Below are positions 1 through 6,262 of a stretch of DNA of 32,000 nt, piece after piece (the stretch's first letter is position 1; every line of letters starts with the position of its first letter). Below the pieces are notes generated by a model. The model had not been told where the DNA came from and searched no databases. It saw nothing but the letters and a program-made list of their open reading frames with translations. The DNA comes from an uncultured bacterium. Lineage in GTDB: Bacteria > Patescibacteriota > Gracilibacteria > UBA1369 > PNNO01. The translations under genes were made by a program, and so were the position numbers. Location of the stretch: the NCBI GenBank assembly GCA_963704705.1, contig OY969931.1, forward strand, positions 120,001 to 152,000, written 5' to 3'.

Positions 1-576
1 GATTAGTACGGCGTCATACCAAGCTCTCATTTCGTGAACAAAAGTTCTGCTTTTCTGATTTGTGATGTGCGGGCAGGAGCCATCCGGGTATGCAATGAAG
101 TGGTCAGATGTTTGTGCAATTTTTAAGGTAACATATGGAAGCCCTGTTTTAATAAATTTAAAGAAAAATTGATTAAGCAAAATGCATTCTTCTTCTAAAA
201 TTCCGGTTTCAACTTCAATTCCTGCTTTTTGAAGTGCTTCCACACCTCTTCCAGAAACCTGTTTATTTGGATCAAGACTACCCACAACAACATTACTTAT
301 TTTTTCTTTGATAATTCTTTCAGTACATGGGCTTGTTTTGCCTTTAAAGCAGCATGGTTCCAAATTAACATAAAGAACTGCGCCTTCTGCCCCCCCTTTT
401 ATTTTATCCAGAGCATCGATTTCTGCATGTTTGTCTCCGAATTTATGATGATAGCCTTCGGCTAAAATTTTACCGTCTTTTACAACAACACAACCAACCA
501 AAGGATTTGGGCTTGTTAATCCCTTTCCTTTTGAAGCAAGTTCTATGCATTTTTTTATATAATCTTTTTTATCCAT
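1..576 (-). CDS. ribD: Bifunctional riboflavin biosynthesis deaminase/reductase RibD. The N-terminal 192 codons are present and the 3' end runs off the window.
   Basis: My own minus-strand translation from the ATG at 576-574 gives MDKKDYIKKCIELASKGKGLTSPNPLVGCVVVKDGKILAEGYHHKFGDKHAEIDAL...LEPCCFKGKTSPC...PYVTLKIAQTSD...VHEMRAWYDAVLI. The deaminase HAE and PCxxC zinc motifs and the start of the reductase domain are present. It is absent from the ORF track because there is no stop codon in the window. Confidence 0.85.
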   Translation of the reverse strand, partial: MDKKDYIKKCIELASKGKGLTSPNPLVGCVVVKDGKILAEGYHHKFGDKHAEIDALDKIKGGAEGAVLYVNLEPCCFKGKTSPCTERIIKEKISNVVVGSLDPNKQVSGRGVEALQKAGIEVETGILEEECILLNQFFFKFIKTGLPYVTLKIAQTSDHFIAYPDGSCPHITNQKSRTFVHEMRAWYDAVLI

Positions 577-654
577 GGCCTTCATTCTAGAAAAAATTCA
601 AAAACAATACAAATTAATGTATAATTTTTAATTGAGTATTCTTAACCGACGATT

Positions 655-945
655 ATGTACAAATGTCAGTCATGTGGATTCACATCTGAACAAGCGGGTG
701 AACATTGTGGTATGCCTATGGTAGAGGTAGCTACAACACCTACGGAAGGAGCGCCAGCTCCAGCAGAATCAGCACCAGCGCCTGAAGCGCCAGCGCCAGC
801 ACCAGCACCTGAAGCGCCAGCACCAGCACCAGCGCCTGAAGCGCCAGCACCAGCTGAACCAGCTCCGGGCACACCAGCGTCTGCGCCTGAAATGCCTGCA
901 ACTCCGGCTGCTGAGCCGCCTGTTGAAGAAAAACCTCCAATGTAA
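655..945 (+). CDS. Small protein with an N-terminal Cys-rich zinc-ribbon-like segment and a long Pro/Ala/Glu low-complexity tail
   Basis: 96-aa ORF beginning MYKCQSCGFTSEQAGEHCGMPMVE (CxxC...HC), followed by APAPE/APAPAPAPE repeats encoded by a 27-nt tandem repeat. No family was recognised. Confidence 0.5.
   Translation: MYKCQSCGFTSEQAGEHCGMPMVEVATTPTEGAPAPAESAPAPEAPAPAPAPEAPAPAPAPEAPAPAEPAPGTPASAPEMPATPAAEPPVEEKPPM
781..861 (+). repeat. 27-nt tandem repeat, about 2.8 copies, encoding PEAPAPAPA units
   Basis: The units cctgaagcgccagcgccagcaccagca (781-807), cctgaagcgccagcaccagcaccagcg (808-834) and cctgaagcgccagcaccagctgaacca (835-861) are read directly from the sequence. Confidence 0.85.
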
Positions 946-955
946 AACTAATTCA

Positions 956-1816
956 ATGCTAAAAATATTTTTAAAAGCATTTAAGGAATGGGGTAATGGC
1001 AGAGCATCAAATTATGCCGCTGCCCTTACGTTTTACGCATTATTTGCCCTTGCACCTATAATCATTATTGTGATTGCGGGTGCAGGGGCTATTTTTGGTG
1101 AACAGGCAGCAAGAGGAGAGATTGTTGTACAAATTCAATCTCTTGTTGGACACGAAATTGCTTCTGCGATTCAGGTAATTATTGAAAATGCAAATATAAG
1201 CAGCGGTAATATTATCATTGCTACTTTAAGTTTCTTATTGTTCTTATTTGCTGCAAGCAGAATAGTAACAAGTTTAAAATATGCTTTAAACAGAACATGG
1301 GATAAAGAACTAACAAGATTTAAAAAGGTCCATCACGCTATAAAATCACAATTTTTATCAATGCTCGCAATAGTCGCTTTTGGATTTTTGCTTGTTTTAC
1401 TTATTTTAGTAAGTGGAATTATGGCTACTGTATGGGTCTATTTGGCAAATTTTTTGCCAGTCGGATCATCACTGTTTCAAATTTTGAATATAATAATTTC
1501 TTTCGGTGTAATAACTTTTGTAATTGCGGCAATAAATAAATATTTACCGGATATTGAGATAGCATGGAAAGATGTTTGGATTGGTGCCGCAGTAACAACA
1601 ATACTCTTTATGCTTGGAAATTATTTGATAGGTTTATATTTGCGCAATGTTTCAGTTGGTTCGGTTTATGGAGCTGCCGGATCACTCGTGCTTATATTGA
1701 TTTGGCTTTATTACAGCTTCCAGATTTTTCTTTTCGGAGCTGAATTTACAAGGGTATATTCGGAAAACAAAGGTACATACCGTGGAATTTTTAAGAAAAT
1801 TTTAGATTTATTTTAG
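956..1816 (+). CDS. YihY/BrkB (virulence factor BrkB / RNase BN-like) family integral membrane protein
   Basis: The N-terminal signature NYAAALTFYALFALAPIIIIV is followed by multiple hydrophobic helices. The ORF track starts at a TTG at 923, overlapping the upstream ORF; the ATG at 956 (MLKIFLKAF...) is the more plausible start. Confidence 0.8.
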   Translation: MLKIFLKAFKEWGNGRASNYAAALTFYALFALAPIIIIVIAGAGAIFGEQAARGEIVVQIQSLVGHEIASAIQVIIENANISSGNIIIATLSFLLFLFAASRIVTSLKYALNRTWDKELTRFKKVHHAIKSQFLSMLAIVAFGFLLVLLILVSGIMATVWVYLANFLPVGSSLFQILNIIISFGVITFVIAAINKYLPDIEIAWKDVWIGAAVTTILFMLGNYLIGLYLRNVSVGSVYGAAGSLVLILIWLYYSFQIFLFGAEFTRVYSENKGTYRGIFKKILDLF

Positions 1817-1824
1817 ATTTTTTT

Positions 1825-1856
1825 AACAGAAATTTAATTTTTTTCTGTTTTAATTT
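1825..1856 (+). terminator. Candidate intrinsic terminator downstream of the YihY-family gene
   Basis: An 8-bp stem, aacagaaa (1825-1832) with tttctgtt (1842-1849), is followed by a T-rich tract. The stem is AU-rich and therefore weak. Confidence 0.35.
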
Positions 1857-1875
1857 AGCCCCTAACTAATAAATC

Positions 1876-2340
1876 ATGGCTGAACTTTTTCTTATTTCCC
1901 CGCATTATCCCCTTAAATTTTTACAGTTTATTAAGAAGCAGATAACAGAACAGGGGTTAAATTGTGAAGTATTAAGTTCACCAATTGAAGCGCTAACTAA
2001 AGTAAAAGAATGTTTTGGAATTAAAGCTAAGAGACTGCCTAATCTTAAAGTAATTAATTGTGGTCCCTTTAAGCTAAAACAGGCTAACTATACGCTTATT
2101 CAAAATGGTAAAACCAAACGACTTCGAAAAAAACAATTTGAATTATTACGATTTTTTATCGCTAATCAAAATCAAGTGCTTTCACGATATACAATTCTTG
2201 AAAATGTTTGGGGACCAAAAACAAATCCCTTTTCAAATACGGTTGATGTACATATTGCTGGTCTTCGAAAAATTTTAAATACAAAAGAAAAAACCTATTT
2301 AAAAACAGTTTACGCAGCCGGTTATATTTTAGAGATTTAG
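1876..2340 (+). CDS. OmpR/PhoB-type winged-helix DNA-binding protein with a truncated, degenerate receiver-like N-terminus
   Basis: The C-terminal sequence KKQFELLRFFIANQNQVLSRYTILENVWGPKTNPFSNTVDVHIAGLRKIL...YLKTVYAAGYILE matches the Trans_reg_C pattern. Only about 55 aa precede it, and there is no DD...D phospho-acceptor pocket. Confidence 0.7.
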   Translation: MAELFLISPHYPLKFLQFIKKQITEQGLNCEVLSSPIEALTKVKECFGIKAKRLPNLKVINCGPFKLKQANYTLIQNGKTKRLRKKQFELLRFFIANQNQVLSRYTILENVWGPKTNPFSNTVDVHIAGLRKILNTKEKTYLKTVYAAGYILEI

Positions 2341-3549
2341 CAGATAATTATATGCTTCCTTAAGCTGACTATCATATTCATCACCTTCCTGCATATCAAA
2401 TTTAATTACTCTGTCAGGCATGATTCCGGTCTCATCAATATCGCGGCCTTTAGGTGTAAGCCATTTTGCAATTGTAAGACGCAGACTTGAACCATCATCA
2501 AGTAGTTCAACTTCCTGCACACTGCCTTTTCCAAATGTCTGTTCTCCAATAATCAACCCTCTTTGATAATCCTGAATCGCCCCTGCAAGTATTTCAGATG
2601 CTGAAGCAGAACCATTATTAACAAGTACAACCAATGGTAAATCAGGCAGTCTTGCATTTCCTAAAACCTGAATAGATTCATCTAAATCAGCATTTCGTGT
2701 AACAATTTCAACCGCATCTTTATTGCCATCCAGAAATTCCGACACAATATCCACTGCAATATCAAGATAGCCTCCGCCGTTAAATCTCAAATCCAAAATC
2801 AAACCTTTCGGATTATCAAGCAATATTTGCTGCACAGCATTATCAAATTCAGTTGTTGTATCATCGCTGAACTGACTGATAGCAACATAACCTATATCAC
2901 CATCAAGAAGTTCATAGTAAACGCTGTCTTCATTGATTGTATCGCGTGTAATAGTGACTTCAAAAGGCTCTTCAACATCTTTGCGAATAATAGTTAAAGT
3001 TACATCAGTTCCTTTCTCGCCGCGAATCGCCATGATTGCTTCAAAAAGAGTCATATCGCTTGCCACTGCACCGTTAATTGAAAAGATTGTATCTCCCGGC
3101 ATCAAACCAGCTTTTTCAGCCGGCGAATCTTTTAATGGTGAAATTACAACCAGCATGCCATCTTTTACAGTAAGCTCAGCGCCAATTCCTTCAAGATTTC
3201 CATTTAAACTTTGTTCAAAGTCTTTCGTTTCATCAGGTGTCATAAATACCGTGTATGGATCGTCAAGTGATTCAACGAGCCCTTTTATCGCTCCATAAAC
3301 AAGAGTTTGATCATCCTGAAGTTTGGTTTCACGAAGATATGATTTGTCGAGTTTATCCCAAACTTTCCAAAATAATCCGAGATCAACCGACTGCGGATTG
3401 TTAAAATCCTGAACCACAACATCACCATTTTCCTGAACAGTTATTGTAGGTTGATTCGAGTAATAATAATATTCCGAAGCTTTCCATCCAATTGCAAAAA
3501 TCAGAATGAAAGAAAGAATTGTAAAAAAAAGTTGTTTTTTAGCGTACAT
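2329..3549 (-). CDS. ctpA: S41 family C-terminal processing peptidase (membrane anchor, PDZ domain, S41 catalytic domain)
   Basis: N-terminal TM helix; PDZ segment GIGAELTVKDGMLVVISPLKDSPAEKAGLMPGD; catalytic Ser region NNGSASASEILAGAIQD; Lys region TFGKGSVQ. Confidence 0.9.
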   Translation of the reverse strand: MYAKKQLFFTILSFILIFAIGWKASEYYYYSNQPTITVQENGDVVVQDFNNPQSVDLGLFWKVWDKLDKSYLRETKLQDDQTLVYGAIKGLVESLDDPYTVFMTPDETKDFEQSLNGNLEGIGAELTVKDGMLVVISPLKDSPAEKAGLMPGDTIFSINGAVASDMTLFEAIMAIRGEKGTDVTLTIIRKDVEEPFEVTITRDTINEDSVYYELLDGDIGYVAISQFSDDTTTEFDNAVQQILLDNPKGLILDLRFNGGGYLDIAVDIVSEFLDGNKDAVEIVTRNADLDESIQVLGNARLPDLPLVVLVNNGSASASEILAGAIQDYQRGLIIGEQTFGKGSVQEVELLDDGSSLRLTIAKWLTPKGRDIDETGIMPDRVIKFDMQEGDEYDSQLKEAYNYLLNL

Positions 3550-3552
3550 ATT

Positions 3553-4350
3553 TTAATTGTTATCAAAGTTTTGAATAATCGGAGTGATATTTTCAGCTTT
3601 GCCATCGGTATCATTAATTTCTATAAGTACTGCGTTAAACGTTGTTGGCCCTTCAGCTATATCATATTTAAAAGGCATTTGTGTTAAAAAGCCTTCGATT
3701 ATATCTTCTTTTTTCGCTCCGATAATTGAATCGCTCGCTCCAACCATTCCAATATCAGTTATATAAGCTGTGCGGTTATTTAAAATTTGCGCATCAGCTG
3801 TTGGTACATGAGTATGCGTGCCAACAACTGCACTTACACGATCACTTAAATAATGAGCCAAAGCAATTTTTTCAGATGTTGCTTCTGCGTGCATATCAAC
3901 AATAATTGCCGTAGGCTGATCACCTTTTGTTTCCTGAATAATTTCGTCAGCCTTTCTAAAAGGGCAGTCATAATTTTCTTTAATAAAAACTCTTCCATGC
4001 AGATTTAAAATAAGAATTTTCTGCATTTTTGCTGTTTCGTATATGTGATATCCGCGCCCTGGATTTCCCGGAGGAAAATTTGCGGGACGAATTACCGGAA
4101 AGCTTTTATCGTTTAATTTTTCAACAACGGTTCGGTTATCGAAAATATGATTTCCCGAAGTAAAAAAATCAATTCCAGCCTGCTGCATCTCTTTAATCGA
4201 CTCTTCAGACATACCTCTGCCATGAGTAAGATTCTCGCCGTTTGCAAGAACAAGGTCGGGCTGATGCTCTTCTTTTAGCTTTGGAAGTACTTTTTTTACT
4301 GTTTCTCTTCCGGGTCTGCCAACAATGTCTCCTATAAAGATAATTTTCAT
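3553..4350 (-). CDS. ymdB: YmdB-like metallophosphoesterase (2',3'-cyclic-nucleotide phosphodiesterase family, TIGR00282-like)
   Basis: MKIIFIGDIVGRPGR...DLVLANGENLTHGRGM...FTSGNH...DMHAEATSEK...VGTHTHVPTAD. These are the characteristic calcineurin-like metal ligand motifs, in the YmdB order. Confidence 0.85.
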   Translation of the reverse strand: MKIIFIGDIVGRPGRETVKKVLPKLKEEHQPDLVLANGENLTHGRGMSEESIKEMQQAGIDFFTSGNHIFDNRTVVEKLNDKSFPVIRPANFPPGNPGRGYHIYETAKMQKILILNLHGRVFIKENYDCPFRKADEIIQETKGDQPTAIIVDMHAEATSEKIALAHYLSDRVSAVVGTHTHVPTADAQILNNRTAYITDIGMVGASDSIIGAKKEDIIEGFLTQMPFKYDIAEGPTTFNAVLIEINDTDGKAENITPIIQNFDNN

Positions 4351-4488
4351 CAGACACGATTTTATTAAAACTTTAGTTTGCTTATCAAAATGCGAAATCT
4401 AGCTTATCATATTTTAGGTTTTTTTTAAAAATATTTTAAAAAGTTATGTTATTCTTTACGCGTAAATTAATTTTTAACGCCCCTTGAA

Positions 4489-5019
4489 ATGGATCAAATA
4501 TTAGGAATTTTTATAAATTTCCTTGTGTTCATAAGTGACAGAACAGACTGTCCAGAAACACATTATGTTAGATATAATTATGAGTATGAGGTGCCGGAAG
4601 GGCTGAATGTAAGGAATGAATGGGGTGCCCGCGGTCCATTTACAGTTGATGATGGATTTGGTAATTCGATGTATATTGGATTTTTAAATTCAGATTCAAT
4701 AGAAGAAAACATTAATTGGTATAGAGAAGCTGAATATATGACAGTATTAGATGAATCACCAATTGGAGAAGATGCATATAAAGTAATTTTAGATAATCCA
4801 AGTCTATATGATCCTTATAATGAAATTATGTGGGTTAAAAATTCTAAAGGGTTTGTTGTAATGACAATGTTTAATCAGGGCGATCCTTCCAAGCATGCTG
4901 CTTTTGAGGAGAATGCCCTTCAATTGGCACGTTCAGTCGTGCAAGGAGATCCGTATGAGACACGGAAAAATCGCGATTGTGATCACCCTTCTCTTTGGGA
5001 TTTGCTTCCTAGGTGGTAA
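4489..5019 (+). CDS. Hypothetical protein whose last ~48 codons are encoded by compositionally foreign DNA (chimeric or truncated 3' end)
   Basis: 176-aa ORF with no recognised domain. Codon usage switches from AT3-rich to GC3-rich at about 4876 (cag ggc gat cct tcc aag...). The ORF then overlaps the M23 gene and its RBS. Confidence 0.4.
   Translation: MDQILGIFINFLVFISDRTDCPETHYVRYNYEYEVPEGLNVRNEWGARGPFTVDDGFGNSMYIGFLNSDSIEENINWYREAEYMTVLDESPIGEDAYKVILDNPSLYDPYNEIMWVKNSKGFVVMTMFNQGDPSKHAAFEENALQLARSVVQGDPYETRKNRDCDHPSLWDLLPRW
4943..4948 (+). promoter_or_regulatory. Canonical Shine-Dalgarno (AAGGAG) 6 nt upstream of the M23 peptidase ATG
   Basis: The sequence reads gcAAGGAGatccgtATG. Almost all other genes in the window lack such a motif; rpsP has a weaker AAAGGA. 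Confidence 0.6.
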
Positions 5020-6001
5020 AGCAAATTCCAGCCCACTCATCTTCATGCCCTTCGAATACGGCGGGTACTGGTACTGTCCGCAGGGGCAAAACGGCACCTA
5101 CACCCACAATACGGATCGTTTGCGATACGCTATCGATCTGAACGGCGGGCACGGTGTCGACAACGATGCCTTCGGTGAACAACTCTTTGCTCCAGTCAAT
5201 GGAACAATCGTCGAAGTTCGTGATGGCCTCATGGATTTTGACAACAATGGAAGCAGCAATGCTGCCAACTACTACGGCTGGGGCAATACCATCGTCATCC
5301 TGGACGAAGGAGGGGACTACTACATTCGGTTTGCTCACATGAAGTATCTCTCAACCGAACACCTGATGAAAGGTGACGAGGTGAAGATGGGTGACTACAT
5401 CGGCCAGGTTGGTCAGACCGGACATTCCACCGGCTCCCATCTTCATATCCAGGTCATGCTCAAGACGCAGGAGTGGAATGATATCATCGGAGAGGATTCC
5501 TCCCCCTTCACCTTCGCCGAGGGCTACATCGACACTGGTGACTGGATCAAGTCTGGCCTCAGCTACAACATGTCCATGCTGGACAACAACGGCGAGACCA
5601 CGCTCAGTCATTTTTTTGATGACTACTATACCTACTACAACTCCACTCAGTGGCAGACCAAGTACGGTACATACGGCTACGCAGGCAAGGACTTTCGTCG
5701 GCACTACGTTTCTTCGTACAACGACAATTCCATGTTCAGCTGGCACTTCTCTGTGAAGCAGTCCAGTCTGTATATGCTGTTCGTTACGTTCGAGGACAAC
5801 GCAGCCAACGACACCAAAGTCGAGTATTATCTCGACGGTCAGAAAATCAGGACGCTCACCCAAAAAGTGGGCGGGCAATTCTACAAGTACATCGGCCTCC
5901 GCTACATCAGCGCCGGTGCTTCGCACACTGTTTCGGTTCGCGGCACTTCGCCTGGCAAATACGTGATCGCTGATGCACTGGTGCTGCGGAAGTTTGGCTG
6001 A
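4955..6001 (+). CDS. Secreted M23 family metalloendopeptidase (lysostaphin/LytM-like) with a non-catalytic C-terminal beta-rich domain
   Basis: Signal peptide MRHGKIAIVITLLFGICFLGGKA. M23 core YAIDLN...YIRFAHMKYL...GDYIGQVGQTGHSTGSHLHIQV (HxH motif). The C-terminal ~140 aa end in KYVIADALVLRKFG, which is reminiscent of golvesin-C-like or carbohydrate-binding modules (low confidence). The ATG at 4955 is preferred over the track start at 4895. Confidence 0.85.
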   Translation: MRHGKIAIVITLLFGICFLGGKANSSPLIFMPFEYGGYWYCPQGQNGTYTHNTDRLRYAIDLNGGHGVDNDAFGEQLFAPVNGTIVEVRDGLMDFDNNGSSNAANYYGWGNTIVILDEGGDYYIRFAHMKYLSTEHLMKGDEVKMGDYIGQVGQTGHSTGSHLHIQVMLKTQEWNDIIGEDSSPFTFAEGYIDTGDWIKSGLSYNMSMLDNNGETTLSHFFDDYYTYYNSTQWQTKYGTYGYAGKDFRRHYVSSYNDNSMFSWHFSVKQSSLYMLFVTFEDNAANDTKVEYYLDGQKIRTLTQKVGGQFYKYIGLRYISAGASHTVSVRGTSPGKYVIADALVLRKFG

Positions 6002-6008
6002 TAACTGT

Positions 6009-6055
6009 CGTACTACCGAAATCCCGTACTAGTACTACGGATTTACGATAGTACG
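6009..6055. repeat. Imperfect ~47-bp inverted repeat built from four GTAC motifs, centred on the perfect palindrome GTACTAGTAC (6026-6035)
   Basis: The sequence is cGTACtaccgaaatcccGTACtaGTACtacggatttacgataGTACg. The outer arms cgtacta (6009-6015) and tagtacg (6049-6055) are exact complements. Confidence 0.6.
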
Positions 6056-6067
6056 CAATATAACCTT

Positions 6068-6112
6068 AAAGGCACGGTAAACAACCTGTTTGTTTTGCTG
6101 TGCCTTTTTTTA
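6068..6112 (+). terminator. Rho-independent terminator of the M23 gene
   Basis: The stem aaaggcac (6068-6075) pairs with gtgccttt (6100-6107). An inner pairing joins aaacaa and ttgttt. A T-run follows at 6105-6111. Confidence 0.75.
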
Positions 6113-6138
6113 ATTACGGATGTTGTTTATACGCACTC

Positions 6139-6209
6139 CATCCCCGGGGATGAACTGTAAATTCCGCATAAATAAACTCAATGCCAAATCTAATCTCCTC
6201 CCGGGAGGA
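6139..6209. repeat. Two perfect 14-bp GC-rich palindromes 57 bp apart: CATCCCCGGGGATG (6139-6152) and TCCTCCCGGGAGGA (6196-6209)
   Basis: Both are exact reverse-complement palindromes read from the sequence. They lie between the island terminator and the pcrA stop. Function is unknown. Confidence 0.6.
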
Positions 6210-6262
6210 AAATGTTTAGGCAAATGAATGGCGCATAAACAGCAATTTTTTAGCAATTTTCG

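Larger units (their letters stand above)
4876..6210. other. High-GC compositional island carrying one gene. It is either a horizontally acquired cassette or an assembly chimera.
   Basis: Hand counts give 34/60 G+C for 5101-5160, versus 17/60 for 4741-4800 and 21/60 for 20521-20580. Four long spurious ORFs in other frames or antisense pile up only here, as expected for GC-rich DNA. Confidence 0.7.

Noticed and set aside
229-465. A 78-aa ORF on the + strand.
   Set aside because: It is antisense to the clearly recognisable ribD coding sequence.
781-861. Whether the tandem repeats here and at 27697-27762 form a CRISPR array.
   Set aside because: The repeats are directly adjacent with no spacers, lie inside ORFs and keep the reading frame. 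They are coding microsatellite-like repeats.
666-940. Antisense ORFs of 68 aa (GAGAS repeats) and 66 aa (LQALV repeats).
   Set aside because: They are reverse-frame readings of the 27-nt PA-encoding tandem repeat, with no independent start context.
5009-5973. Four long overlapping ORFs inside the island: 5009-5338 (-), 5351-5926 (-), 5391-5756 (+) and 5650-5973 (+).
   Set aside because: They lie in alternative frames or antisense to the M23 peptidase gene. Their products are low-complexity and rich in Arg, Thr, Val and Gly. Long spurious ORFs are expected wherever G+C rises, because stop codons are AT-rich.
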